DNA of 64,000 nucleotides from an uncultured Gemmatimonadales bacterium. Lineage in GTDB: Bacteria; Gemmatimonadota; Gemmatimonadetes; Longimicrobiales; Longimicrobiaceae. The stretch lies in NCBI GenBank assembly GCA_963716255.1, contig OY970303.1, forward strand, positions 6,880,001 through 6,944,000. The letters are read 5' to 3'. Both the position numbers and the translations under genes were made by a program. Position 1 is the stretch's first letter, and each line of letters begins with the position of its first letter. The notes under the pieces are model-generated. The model worked only from the letters and a program-made list of their open reading frames with translations. It was not told the origin of the DNA and made no database searches. Below, in pieces: positions 1 to 21,819 of this stretch.

Positions 1-1
1 C

Positions 2-12355
<12,354 letters not shown>

Positions 12356-12466
12356 CGCCCCGTACGGCCTGGATCGTGCGCGCCGCGGTCCGCCGGCCGC
12401 GCTCGCCGCGCGGCCGACGGGTGCGTCCCGCGCCCGGTGCAGCCGCCCGCCCTCACAGGAGGCGCC

Positions 12467-13441
12467 ATGGGAACCATGCGGCTCGTGGTCGACGCAGCGG
12501 ACCGGGCCGGGCCGGCGGAGGTCGGCGCCGGCCGGCTCGGAGAGCTCCTCGCCGGGCCGGGCAACCGGCTCTGGCTCGACATCGCCGATCCCGGCCCCGA
12601 GGAGGTCGCGCTGCTGCGCGGCCAGTTCGGGTTCCACGAACTGGCGCTCGAAGAGGTCACCCGGCCGCACGAGCGCCCCCGGTGCAACGCCTACGGCGGC
12701 TACTACTTCATCGTGGTCTACGCCGCCGAGCACACCGCCCGGGGGTTCGTGCCGCGCGAGCTCAACCTGTTCTGGGGCGAGAACTTCCTGGTGACCCTCC
12801 ACCGCCGCTCCCCCGCGGTGCTGGAAGTGCTGGACGAGGCGCGCCGGAGGTGGGAGCAGTACGAGGGGCGCCACGGCCTGGGCATCGCGTGCCTGGCCTA
12901 CACCCTGTTCGAAAGGCTGGTCGACGGCTACTTCGGCGTCGAGGACCGGGTCCGCGAGCGGATCGAGGGGATCAAGGAGTCGGTCTTCAGGGGGGCGGAC
13001 GATGCGGCCGCGGACCTGTTCCGGCTGCGGGAGGAGCTGCTGAGGGTGCCGCGCCTGCTCGGCGCCACGGGCCAGGTGCTCGCCGAGGTGCTGCGCCACG
13101 AACAGGCGGTCCCCGAAAAGCTGCGGCCCTACTTCGCCGACGTGCAGGACCACGCCCGGCACGTGCTGGCCGAGCTGGACACCGACCGGGACCTGCTCGG
13201 CACCGCGCTCGACGTCCACGTGTTCTTCGCCTTCAACCGGCTGGGCCTCATCATGAAGCGCCTGACCGCGGTGACCGTCATCATCATGGTCCCCAACTTC
13301 GTGGCCGGCATCTACGGGATGAACTTCGCGCACCTGATGCCGCCCAACGACTCGCCGTACGGGTTCTTCCTGGTCGTCGCCGTCCTGGCGTGCATGGTCG
13401 TCTGGGGGTTCATCCACTCGCGCATCCTGGGCTGGCTCTGA
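12467..13441 (+). CDS. corA: CorA-family Mg2+/Co2+ transporter
   Basis: WLDI N-terminal motif, FGFHELALE, and two C-terminal TM helices with the GIYGMNF signature; AGGAGG RBS before ATG 12467. Confidence 0.92.
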   Translation: MGTMRLVVDAADRAGPAEVGAGRLGELLAGPGNRLWLDIADPGPEEVALLRGQFGFHELALEEVTRPHERPRCNAYGGYYFIVVYAAEHTARGFVPRELNLFWGENFLVTLHRRSPAVLEVLDEARRRWEQYEGRHGLGIACLAYTLFERLVDGYFGVEDRVRERIEGIKESVFRGADDAAADLFRLREELLRVPRLLGATGQVLAEVLRHEQAVPEKLRPYFADVQDHARHVLAELDTDRDLLGTALDVHVFFAFNRLGLIMKRLTAVTVIIMVPNFVAGIYGMNFAHLMPPNDSPYGFFLVVAVLACMVVWGFIHSRILGWL

Positions 13442-13584
13442 TACCGGTCGTTTCGAATCGGAAATATGTACTTGCCGAAACCCTGTTAAACGTTTACATC
13501 CTTAACAGATATGGACACAGCCGAGCGGGCTTGGCTCTGGTGTGGAGCCAAGCCCGCTCCGCCGAATTAACCGAAGGGCGAGCC

Positions 13585-13821
13585 CTAGACGGCCTGGCAC
13601 ACACAGTTGTAGCGACTGCCGAGCTTGTAGCACCTCGACACGATGCCCGGGCCGTACGTACTCTCACAGGTGAACTGACACGCCGCCCTCTCCGACTGAG
13701 TGCACCAGTTGGCCTTCGAAGATGCCGGCGCGGCAATCGCCTGCGTAAATCCGAAGCCGAGCGAGCCCACGAACGCGGCACCGAGAAGCCCCCGGCGCAG
13801 ATAGGAAAGCGAACGGCTCAT
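13585..13821 (-). CDS. Small secreted 6-Cys peptide (78 aa), CS-alpha-beta defensin-like
   Basis: GGAGGA RBS; signal peptide MSRSLSYLRRGLLGAAFVGSLGFGFTQAIA; mature part has C-x7-C-x3-C-x11-C-x8-C-x-C. Confidence 0.8.
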   Translation of the reverse strand: MSRSLSYLRRGLLGAAFVGSLGFGFTQAIAAPASSKANWCTQSERAACQFTCESTYGPGIVSRCYKLGSRYNCVCQAV

Positions 13822-13940
13822 AACGTCCTCCAATGAAGCAATGAACCCGCGAGAGGTGCGGGCGTGAGAGGGAGAGAGCACGTTAAGCGCCAATCAGGTG
13901 AGCGGCAACGATCCTGTGAGGTGGGTACACAGGAAGCAAG

Positions 13941-13974
13941 CGAGCGCCCCGGCCAGCACTGGCCGGGGCGCTCG
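13941..13974. terminator. Strong GC hairpin, probable (possibly bidirectional) terminator
   Basis: CGAGCGCCCCGGCCAG-ca-CTGGCCGGGGCGCTCG is a perfect inverted repeat just 3' of the 35-aa ORF; the minus-strand tail is CTTGCTTCCT. Confidence 0.65.
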
Positions 13975-13982
13975 TGTTGGTA

Positions 13983-14090
13983 CTACGCCGGGCGGCACTC
14001 CGGTCGTTCGCGGTGGACCCGGACAATCAGATCAGCCAGCGCAACCAGCGCATGAACCACAGCAGATACCGCCGTGAATGCTTCGATCAT
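13983..14090 (-). CDS. 35-aa hydrophobic peptide, type I toxin-like (not in ORF track)
   Basis: CAGGAG RBS; MIEAFTAVSAVVHALVALADLIVRVHRERPECRPA is one hydrophobic helix plus a charged tail, followed by a hairpin. Confidence 0.55.
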   Translation of the reverse strand: MIEAFTAVSAVVHALVALADLIVRVHRERPECRPA

Positions 14091-14232
14091 TGTTCTCCTG
14101 CGTGAGAGGTTGGGTAGGCCCGTCGGGGGACGGGGTGCGCCCTGAGCGGGGCACAGTAGGAACGCTACATCCTCATTGAACTATGGGTTAGCGCCGCCTC
14201 TATAATCTGTTTCGAATCGAAAAGCATGGGTC

Positions 14233-14386
14233 GGGCGTGCCCCCGGCTGGCGCCGGGGTCGGGCTTCGGCTCCGTAGGGCTGCAAACAACGCAGCCCAAC
14301 GGAGTCGAGCCCCGGCGGAAACAGCCCCGCCGGGTCTCGCCCCTTCGGGCCGGAATCCCTCACGCGGATTCTGCGCTGGCGTCCGC
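14233..14386 (-). repeat. Structured dispersed repeat, copy 1 of 6
   Basis: GGGCGTGCCCCCGG…GGGGTCGGGCTTCGGCTCCGT…ACGGAGTCGAGCCC…ATCCCTCACGC on the + strand; strand assigned from the adjacent gene 3' end. Confidence 0.9.
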
Positions 14387-14410
14387 CGGGGGCCCCCTCA
14401 CCCTCCGGCC

Positions 14411-17023
14411 CTACTCGTGCCGGATCGCCTCCAGGGGCACGATCCCGGCCGCGCGGCGGGCGGGAATCCAGCAGGCGGCCAGCGCCACGAGCAGGAGCGC
14501 CCCCGTGGCGGCCATCAGCGTCGCGGGATCGCCGGGGCTCACGTCGAACAGCACCGCCGTCAGCGCGCGGGTGCCGGCCAGCGCCGCGGCGAGCCCCAGC
14601 AGCGCCCCGGCCAGGGCGTGGGCGAGGCCGCTGCCCACCACCATCCGCATGATGGAGCGCCGCTCCGCGCCGAGCGCCATCCGCACGCCGATCTCCCGGC
14701 GGCGCGTGCCCACCATGTAGGACAGCATCCCGAACACCCCCACGGCGGCCAGCCCCAGCGCCGCCGCCGCGAAGCCGCCCAGCAGCGCCGCCCACTGCCG
14801 GGGCTGCGCGACCGACGCGTGCAGGCGCTGCTCCATGGTCGCCACGTCGTCCAGCGGCACCGACGCGTCCACCGATGCCAGCGCGTCGCGCACGGCCGGC
14901 GCCAGGCCGCCCGGCGACGGTGCCGTGCGCACGTACAGGTAGAGGGAACGGGGCCAGTCCTCGGCGACCGGCGAGTACAGCGCGTCCAGCGGACCGGCCG
15001 GCCCCGAGTAGCGCACGTCGCCGACGACGCCGACCACCACCGTCGGCGGACACTCCGTGCACCCGCCCCGGACCATCGTCCTGCCCAGCGGCGACTGCCC
15101 CGGGTAGTACCTGCGGGCCCAGGCGCGGCTCACCACGGCGACCGGCGCCCCGCCCGTGTCGGCCGGCGTGAACAGGCGGCCTTCGAGCAGCGGCACGCCC
15201 AGGGCGGCGAAGTATTCCGCGTCGGCGCTCGGCCAGGGTCCGTTCGGCTCCGGCGCGCCCGGCGCCGCGGGCCGGTCGAGCAGGTTGAAGTTGTCGTTGC
15301 TCGACCCGAAGTCGTCCGGCGGCATCGACGAGCCGAGCCCCGCTTCCCGCACCCCGGGGACCGCGCGCACGCGCTCCAGCGCGCGGGTCCAGTACGCCCG
15401 GACCCGCGCCCCGTCCTCGTACCCGCCGGCCGGCAGCGACACGCGCACCGTCGCCAGGCCGCGCGGGTCGAACCCCGGGTCCACGCGCTGCATCCGCACG
15501 AAGCTGACGAGCAGGAGGCCGGAGACCGCGAGCAGCGGCAGGGCGAGCGCGAACTGGGCCACCACGAAGCCGCTGCGGAGCGTCCGCGCGTGGCGGCCGC
15601 CGACCGTCCTCGCGCCCGCGGCGAGCCCGGCGGGGCCCCTCCGCAGCAGCATCAGCACCGGGTACGTGCCCACCACCAGGCCGGCGAGAATGGCCAGCGC
15701 GGCGGCGAAGAGCACCGCGCGGCCGTCCAGGCTGGTCGGCGCCAGCCCCGGCATCCGCGGTCCGTACGCGACCAGCGCCCGCAGCCCGAGCGCGCCGGCG
15801 GCCACCCCGGCGACCGCGCCCGCAGCCGACAGGAGGACGCTCTCCGTCACGAACAGGCGTACGAGCTGCGCCCGGCTGGCGCCCAGGACCGCGCGCACCG
15901 ACACCTCGTGCGCGCGGCCGATCGCGCGCACCAGCATGAGGCCGGCCACGTTCGCCACGCCCACCAGCAGCACGAGCGCCACCCCCGCGCCGAAGATGCG
16001 CAGCATCCGCGACGGGCTCGCCAGGAAGGCGGTGCGGAAGGGGATTGCCTCGAAGCGTGCGGCGCGGTCGGGGAGGCCCGCCGCCCACAGCGGGAAGATG
16101 CGCCGGCTGATGCCGGCCACGTCGCGCGTGGCGGCCGCGAACGTGGCGCCGGGCGCCAGGCGCGCGATCACCACCATCCCGAACGGACCCCTCCGCTGCG
16201 GCTCTTCCAGCTGCATCGCCGGCCACACGTCGGCCTGGCTCGCCATCGCCTCGCCGCCGGGAGGAAGCACCCCGACCACGGTGTGCGCGATCCCGTCCAC
16301 GCTCACGCTCCGGCCGACGGCGCGCGACGAGCCGCCGAGCGAGCGCGCGGCCAGCGCGTGGCTCACCACCGCGACCCTTTCCGCGCCCGGCGGCTCGTCG
16401 CGCGGCTCGATGAGCCGCCCCGCCAGCGGCCGGACGCCGAGCGCGCGGAAGAAGCCCGACGTCACCCAGCCGATCCGCGCGCGCTCCGGCTCGCCGTCCG
16501 CCCGGAACGCGGCCTCGCCGCGGCGCAGGGCGCCCACGGCGGCGAAGCTCCGCTGCTGCGCTTCGATGGCGCGGAAGTCCACCGCCGAGAGCGACGGGAA
16601 TCCCCGGAAGAAGATGACCGCGAGCGAGTCGTGGCCGGGATTCCGCAGCACGGCCTCCACGGCGCTGAACACGGCCGTGGTGGACCCGATCCCCAGCGCG
16701 AGCACGCCCACGGCCGACAGGGTGAAGCCGGGGCTGCGGCGGAGCCCGCGCGCGGCGTGCCGCAGGTCCCGGAGGAGCTGGTCCAGCCAGCGGAGGCCGC
16801 GCGCGTCGCGGTGCTCCTCCTGGCAGCCCGGGATTCCGCCGAACGCGACGCGCGCGCGGCGGTGCGCCTCCTCCCGCGAGACGCCGGAAACGCGCGCGAT
16901 CTCCTCCGCCTCCATCGCCAGGTGGTGCCGGATCTCCTCGTCGAGCTCGCGGTCGACCGCCCCGGCCTGGAACAGCGCGCGCAGCCGGCGCGCCAGGCGC
17001 CGCGGCCAGTGCCGGACGCTCAT
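14411..17023 (-). CDS. ADOP-type duplicated ABC permease (MacB/FtsX-like)
   Basis: N-terminal 'ELDEEIRHHL…ARVAFGG…E..RD', RRSPGFT…LALGIG, two MacB-PCD/FtsX halves, RRREIGVRMALGA, PARRAA; overlaps the PadR stop. Confidence 0.92.
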   Translation of the reverse strand: MSVRHWPRRLARRLRALFQAGAVDRELDEEIRHHLAMEAEEIARVSGVSREEAHRRARVAFGGIPGCQEEHRDARGLRWLDQLLRDLRHAARGLRRSPGFTLSAVGVLALGIGSTTAVFSAVEAVLRNPGHDSLAVIFFRGFPSLSAVDFRAIEAQQRSFAAVGALRRGEAAFRADGEPERARIGWVTSGFFRALGVRPLAGRLIEPRDEPPGAERVAVVSHALAARSLGGSSRAVGRSVSVDGIAHTVVGVLPPGGEAMASQADVWPAMQLEEPQRRGPFGMVVIARLAPGATFAAATRDVAGISRRIFPLWAAGLPDRAARFEAIPFRTAFLASPSRMLRIFGAGVALVLLVGVANVAGLMLVRAIGRAHEVSVRAVLGASRAQLVRLFVTESVLLSAAGAVAGVAAGALGLRALVAYGPRMPGLAPTSLDGRAVLFAAALAILAGLVVGTYPVLMLLRRGPAGLAAGARTVGGRHARTLRSGFVVAQFALALPLLAVSGLLLVSFVRMQRVDPGFDPRGLATVRVSLPAGGYEDGARVRAYWTRALERVRAVPGVREAGLGSSMPPDDFGSSNDNFNLLDRPAAPGAPEPNGPWPSADAEYFAALGVPLLEGRLFTPADTGGAPVAVVSRAWARRYYPGQSPLGRTMVRGGCTECPPTVVVGVVGDVRYSGPAGPLDALYSPVAEDWPRSLYLYVRTAPSPGGLAPAVRDALASVDASVPLDDVATMEQRLHASVAQPRQWAALLGGFAAAALGLAAVGVFGMLSYMVGTRRREIGVRMALGAERRSIMRMVVGSGLAHALAGALLGLAAALAGTRALTAVLFDVSPGDPATLMAATGALLLVALAACWIPARRAAGIVPLEAIRHE

Positions 17024-17349
17024 GTCGCGCCCAGGACGGCGTCCACGGCGGCGGAAAAGCGGCGCCACTGCGACTTCTCCACCTCCAGCCGGCCCCGGCC
17101 GTCCGGCGTGAGGGAGTAGAACTTGGCCCGGCGGCCCTCGTCGCTCGTCCGCCATTGGGCGCTCACCCAGCCGCGGTCCTCCAGCCGGTAGAGGGCGGGG
17201 TACAGCGATCCCTGGCCGACCTCCAGCGCGTCCTCGGAAAGCTGCCGCAGGCGCTTGGAGATCCCCCACCCGTGCAGGGAGCCGAGGAGGAGCGTCTTGA
17301 GGATCAGGAGGTCCAGGGTGCCCTGGAGCAGGTCGGTTCGGGGGGCCAT
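17020..17349 (-). CDS. padR: PadR-family transcriptional regulator (acidobacterial type)
   Basis: LLQGTLDLLILKTL…HGWGI…GSLYPALYRLE…RRAKFYSLT; typical partner of ADOP permeases. Confidence 0.93.
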   Translation of the reverse strand: MAPRTDLLQGTLDLLILKTLLLGSLHGWGISKRLRQLSEDALEVGQGSLYPALYRLEDRGWVSAQWRTSDEGRRAKFYSLTPDGRGRLEVEKSQWRRFSAAVDAVLGAT

Positions 17350-17382
17350 CGCGTCGCCTCGCTCATGCCGGAGTGATACCTC

Positions 17383-17418
17383 GACATCCGACAATGTACG
17401 GGCTTGTTGTCGGACGTC
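17383..17418. promoter_or_regulatory. Inverted repeat upstream of padR, candidate PadR operator
   Basis: GACATCCGACAA-N12-TTGTCGGACGTC, with 11 of 12 positions complementary. Confidence 0.45.
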
Positions 17419-17451
17419 AAGGTATCCGTCGGCGTGGGCCGGTCCGTCCCC

Positions 17452-18045
17452 TCAGGGCGCCGGGGCGGCCCGGCCCAGCGCGCACGAGCAGGTCGCCCGC
17501 GCCGCCTCGGCGCGGCTCGGGAACAGGTGGTACGCCACGGCCACCACCATGGGAACGAAGACCACCGCGTTGTAGAACAGGTGCAGCTCGATGCGCGGGA
17601 CCAGGAGCTGGACCAGGCTGCTGGGGGCCGGTCCCCCGCCCAGGCGCCACCCGGTGAGCGCCTGCGCGAGCAGGAGCGCGTGCTCCAGGTGGTGCCAGAA
17701 CTGGAGCGCCAGCGCCACGTTCCACCACGTCCTGGCGCGGCCCTGCATCGCGGGGCGCAGCAGGAGGAGGCCGGCCAGCATCACCAGCGCGTAGCCGTAG
17801 TGCAGCCATTCCGAGTGCACCAGCCACGGCCAGAGCATTCCCAGCACGCCCAGCGAGTGCTGCCGGGGCATCCCCAGGCCCCACACCTGGTAGGCCTGCA
17901 CCAGGTGCTCGGCCCAGTGGGCCAGCACGACCGCCATGAAGGCCCACATCGCGGGGCGGTGCCAGGGGCCGGCGAGGGCCGCGAGCGCGCCGGAGCCATG
18001 GGCCGGCGAGGGCGCGCGAGGGACGGACGCGACGGTGGTGTTCAT
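17452..18045 (-). CDS. His-rich integral membrane protein of unknown function
   Basis: Several TM helices with HWAEH, EWLH, WHHLEH and RIELH motifs; ATG overlaps the upstream stop. Confidence 0.75.
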   Translation of the reverse strand: MNTTVASVPRAPSPAHGSGALAALAGPWHRPAMWAFMAVVLAHWAEHLVQAYQVWGLGMPRQHSLGVLGMLWPWLVHSEWLHYGYALVMLAGLLLLRPAMQGRARTWWNVALALQFWHHLEHALLLAQALTGWRLGGGPAPSSLVQLLVPRIELHLFYNAVVFVPMVVAVAYHLFPSRAEAARATCSCALGRAAPAP

Positions 18046-18461
18046 GGGCGGGCGGCGGTTGGCGTGGTCTCGTTCATCCGGGCGGCCACCTCGGCCAGCG
18101 CGTCGAACGAAGTCCGGTTGCGCATCACGAAGGCGATGGGACCCTGGTAGCGGAGGGTGCCGCCGATGACCGCCTGCACCGCGCCGAGCTCCCCGCCCAG
18201 AAACCGCAGCCATCCCTTCTCGCTGGCGGTGAAGGTGGGCGTGTCGGGGTGGGCGGCATCGCGGGCCGGGGACACCGTCATCCAGCCGCGCTCGTCGAGC
18301 TCGGCCAGGACCCGGCGCTCCGGGTCGCCCTCCACCTCGAAGAGCAGGGTCCCCGCGCCGGCGAGGCGTTCCCGCGTCTCCGCCTGATCGTTCCACGCGG
18401 CCCGGAACCTTTCCCACCACTCCAGGCTCAGCGGTTTCATGGGCGCATCCATGTCGGTCAT
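18042..18461 (-). CDS. SCP2 sterol/lipid-binding domain protein
   Basis: GGAGG RBS; 'LSLEWW…AWN', 'FTAS..GWLRFLGGELGAVQAVIGGTLRYQG' fits the SCP2 pattern. Confidence 0.7.
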   Translation of the reverse strand: MTDMDAPMKPLSLEWWERFRAAWNDQAETRERLAGAGTLLFEVEGDPERRVLAELDERGWMTVSPARDAAHPDTPTFTASEKGWLRFLGGELGAVQAVIGGTLRYQGPIAFVMRNRTSFDALAEVAARMNETTPTAARP

Positions 18462-18502
18462 GGTACCTCCTTCCCGTTGGAACGGCCTTGGACGGCGGGT
18501 CC

Positions 18503-18654
18503 GGGCGTGCCCCCGGCGGGCGCCGGGGTCGGGCTTCGGCTCCGTAAGGCAGCAGACAACGCTGCCTGACGGAGTCGAGCCCCCGCGAAACTGCCCGCGG
18601 GGTCTCGCCCCTTCGGGCCGAAATCCCTCACGCGGGCATCGCGCCGGCGTCCGC
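18503..18654 (-). repeat. Structured dispersed repeat, copy 2
   Basis: Same termini as copy 1; internal stem variant AGGCAGC/GCTGCCT. Confidence 0.9.
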
Positions 18655-18708
18655 GAGTGTGGGTCCCGCCACCCCGCGCGGAGGGCCGGCCGCCGCGCGC
18701 TTCCGCCG

Positions 18709-20265
18709 CTATTCGGCTCCGTCCAGCGAGCCGAAGCGCACCACGTGCTCGCCCACCCTCCGGCCGTGCTCCTTGCCGCGCTCGATGTCGCTGCGGTAGT
18801 GGATCCCCCCGTACAGCCGGGAGATGCTGGCCTCCTCCTTCTTCGCCTCGAAATCGGGCGCCGCGTCCGGAAAGAAGTGCGACAGGACGACGGCCGCCGC
18901 CGACGAGAAGGTGGAGTGGCCGGAGGGGTACGACGGGAAGTTGGGCAGCCCCAGCACCGTCCGGATGCCCGGGTCCATCTGGCTGGGGCGGGGATTGAAG
19001 TACAGGTACTTCACGCTCCAGCAGCCGACCGCGGCGTCGTGCATCGCCATGTTGAGCAGCGCGAAGACGCGGGCCGCGCGCACCTCGCTCATGCGGGCGT
19101 CGCGGACGTGCTCCGCGGCGATGTCGTTCCAGTGCCCGGGCGGCGTGTAGGTGCCGGCGCCGTCGTTCCACCGCAGGGCGATGGCGAACTGCTCGCGCGT
19201 CAGGTTGTCGACCGCGCGCTTCACCTCGGCCACCTCCTGCCTCATCTGCTCCGAGCGGGTGGACGGGGGCGCGGCCGGACGCAGGGCCGCCGCCTCCTCC
19301 GCCGCCATGGTCCACGCCCGCACCCGGCCGAAGTTGGGGAGCATCGGCGGCCGGGCGGGAGTCTCCTGGCTCACCCAGGCGATCTCGCCGCGCGCCTCGG
19401 CGCTGTCCGCGAGCGCCTTCCACTGGGCCGCGTCGCCGACGGCGCCCCTCATGCCGTCCGCTCCGGCGCGCGCGACCACCGCCGCCGCCACGGCCTTGCC
19501 GAGCGCCAGGCCGGCGGCGACGTCGCTCGGGGACGCCCTGCCCGACAGCACGGCCGCCTCGCGCTGCTCGGCCGCCTTCCGGGTGATCTCCTCCACCGCC
19601 GCGGGGAAGAGCAGCTTCAGCATCTCGGCCGTGACGCCGGACAGCACCGCGTCCTCGGACGGGTACGCCGGCAGCGCGGTGACCGGGGCCAGGGCCCGGA
19701 CGGCGGGATCCACCCGGGCGGGCGAGGGTCGCCCGTACCGGAACTTCCAGTGCCACGCCGACTTCAGGGCCTCGAACTGGGCCACGCTCACGTAGCTGTA
19801 CGCGCGCGCGGCGTAGGGCGGGTTGGCGAACGGGAACTGGGGGTCGCCGAAGGGGTTCTCCGCGTCCGGCACCGGGTAGGTGCCGTCGGCCCGGGGCGTC
19901 GGCGGCAGGTTGAAGCGGGCCACCAGCTCCCGCAGGATCTGGTTCCAGCGCAGGACTCCGCCGCCGCTCCAGTACTCCACGGACCGGCGCTGGGCGGAGG
20001 TCAGCTTCTCCTGGGCGGCGCGGACGGCGACGAGCTCCGCCCGGTACGCGTCGGAGGTGGCCGCCGCCGGGGCCGGGACCGCGAACTGCTCGGGGCCCGT
20101 CAGCACGATCATCCGCCAGCCTCCGGCGCCCTCGTCCAGGCTGGCCGCCTCCAGCGGAGGCAGCCGCTCCGAGTCCAGCACGGCGTCGTCGCAGGCGGGG
20201 CCGGCGAGCGCGGCCGCGGTCGCGAGGACGGCCGCCGCCGTCCGGCGGCGGGCGGCGGGGCTCAT
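18709..20265 (-). CDS. Lipoprotein with two PAP2/vanadium-haloperoxidase-like domains
   Basis: Lipobox-like LAGPAC. The C-terminal domain has K-x5-PRP, FPSYPSGH and SRLYGGIHY. The N-terminal domain is degenerate (KFRYGRPSP, YPSED). Confidence 0.85.
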   Translation of the reverse strand: MSPAARRRTAAAVLATAAALAGPACDDAVLDSERLPPLEAASLDEGAGGWRMIVLTGPEQFAVPAPAAATSDAYRAELVAVRAAQEKLTSAQRRSVEYWSGGGVLRWNQILRELVARFNLPPTPRADGTYPVPDAENPFGDPQFPFANPPYAARAYSYVSVAQFEALKSAWHWKFRYGRPSPARVDPAVRALAPVTALPAYPSEDAVLSGVTAEMLKLLFPAAVEEITRKAAEQREAAVLSGRASPSDVAAGLALGKAVAAAVVARAGADGMRGAVGDAAQWKALADSAEARGEIAWVSQETPARPPMLPNFGRVRAWTMAAEEAAALRPAAPPSTRSEQMRQEVAEVKRAVDNLTREQFAIALRWNDGAGTYTPPGHWNDIAAEHVRDARMSEVRAARVFALLNMAMHDAAVGCWSVKYLYFNPRPSQMDPGIRTVLGLPNFPSYPSGHSTFSSAAAVVLSHFFPDAAPDFEAKKEEASISRLYGGIHYRSDIERGKEHGRRVGEHVVRFGSLDGAE

Positions 20266-21233
20266 CGCGGCCCTCCCGGCCGGAAGCGCGGCGTGTAGTG
20301 GAGGCCGCTCGTGAGCGTGGTGGCCTGGCCCACGTTGCGGCCGCTCACGACGCGGCTGGCGCCGAGCCGGAGGGCCAGCCCCGATTCCGCGAGGGTGTAG
20401 CCCACCGCCCCGCCCACCCGGACGAAGTCCATGCGGTTGGAAACGAACGGCATGTCCTGGCGCCGGATGTCGCCGCCGCCGAGCGTGCGCCGGAGCGAGA
20501 CGACGACCGGCACGTGCAGGCGCCCCTTCCGGAATCCCGCGCCCAGCGTGTGGTCCAGCACCTCCGGCATGGCCACCTCGTCGCTCAGGTGCAGCCGGCC
20601 GTCGGTGTAGTAGGCCGGCCGGTCCAGCTTCACTCGGGACCGCAGGGTATAGGCGGTGGAGGCGTCCACGAACCATCCCTCGCGGGCCTGGAAGCCCAGG
20701 GTCAGCCGCCCCGAGAGCTGCCGGCTCCCCAGACCGATGGAGAGCGGGAGGAAGTCGGGCGAGTAGTCGCCCACGGGAAGGCTGGCGGCGCCCACGGCGA
20801 CCGCGTCCACGGTGCCGCGCCCCGCGAGCGGCGTGGTGAGCAGCCTGTACTTGGCGGCCAGCGTGAGGTCCTGCGGGCCCCGCATGCCGTGGAGCGTGCC
20901 CCCGGAGGCGTGCGTCCACACGTACGGGAGCATGGCGAGGACGCTGAGCCGCCCGGTGACCCCGTATCCGCCCGCCAGGGTGACGCTGCGGGTGGTGAGC
21001 GCGCCGATGTTGTCGTTGCCGCGCCTGAGGTCGCCCTCCCAGTACCGGTCCCAGCGGTCGTACCCGTAGACGAGCCCGATGCCCGCCGAGCCCGCGGGCA
21101 TCAGCAGGCCGTCGTGGAGCTCCTGGGCCGGAACGGGCCCGGCGGACAGCGCGAGCAGGAGGAGCGCCGGGAGGACCGTTCCCCCGCGCCGTGGGCGTGC
21201 CCGCTTCGCCGCTTCCAACGAATGAATGGACAT
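20262..21233 (-). CDS. Secreted beta-rich protein, probable outer-membrane beta-barrel/transporter
   Basis: Signal peptide ending PVPA-Q, alternating amphipathic strands, 'GYGVT.RL.V.A.LPYV', 'DLTLAAKYRLL'; translationally coupled to the PAP2 gene. Confidence 0.7.
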   Translation of the reverse strand: MSIHSLEAAKRARPRRGGTVLPALLLLALSAGPVPAQELHDGLLMPAGSAGIGLVYGYDRWDRYWEGDLRRGNDNIGALTTRSVTLAGGYGVTGRLSVLAMLPYVWTHASGGTLHGMRGPQDLTLAAKYRLLTTPLAGRGTVDAVAVGAASLPVGDYSPDFLPLSIGLGSRQLSGRLTLGFQAREGWFVDASTAYTLRSRVKLDRPAYYTDGRLHLSDEVAMPEVLDHTLGAGFRKGRLHVPVVVSLRRTLGGGDIRRQDMPFVSNRMDFVRVGGAVGYTLAESGLALRLGASRVVSGRNVGQATTLTSGLHYTPRFRPGGPR

Positions 21234-21505
21234 GGCTTCAGCCCTCGTGCTGGCGAGGAGTGAACCTTCCAGAGGGGCGCGGGACCGCTCCGCCGGGTCC
21301 CGGCTTCCCTCCCGATCCGGAGAGTGGGATCGATCGCACGGCCGCCTGGACGGCCGGAGTGGGCGATGAACACGATCGAGGTGCCGGCGAGGCCGGACGG
21401 GACGAGGCCCGTCCGGGCCCTGCGGGGTGGCGCCCGCCGGGGAGGCCGGAGGCGTTTTTCGTCGTCTCCCGGGGGGGCTTCCGGGGGGTCCGACGCGTCC
21501 GTGTC

Positions 21506-21521
21506 TGCAATCCTGTTGCCA
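21506..21521 (-). promoter_or_regulatory. Sigma-54 (-24/-12) promoter for the leftward operon
   Basis: Minus strand TGGCAACAGGATTGCA; GG-N10-GC spacing is exact. Confidence 0.75.
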
Positions 21522-21621
21522 GCCCGAACGGGCCTCCGGGCGGCGGCCGCGGCGACGAGCCGAGAGGGGGGGGCTCGCGCCTCGTTCGCGATATTCTGGA
21601 CACTGGCTCCAAAAACCCGCA

Positions 21622-21636
21622 TGGTATATGTATTGC
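21622..21636 (+). promoter_or_regulatory. Sigma-54-like promoter facing the activator and the enediyne cassette
   Basis: TGGTATATGTATTGC; GG-N10-GC spacing is exact. Confidence 0.55.
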
Positions 21637-21819
21637 CCTGGGGATCGCTCCGCGGGGCAAGAACGGGACGCCCTGTCCTGCGGTGCGCCAGCTCTCCCAA
21701 CGCCATCTCCGCCGGGGCATGCAGGCCTCCCGCCCGGCCGCTTTCCGGCCGGTATTACCAGTCGCCACGACGGTTTCGCTGCCGGATCCGGTAGCTCCCC
21801 CTCCGCGGGAAGGCGATGC

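Noticed and set aside
14176..14206. TTGAAC-N19-TATAAT sigma-70-like promoter
   Set aside because: The spacer is too long and no gene lies downstream, only the repeat; unsupported without TSS data.
12467..17349. corA and PadR/ADOP as cluster transport genes
   Set aside because: Common housekeeping or lineage-typical genes lacking the regulon motif; no evidence of linkage.
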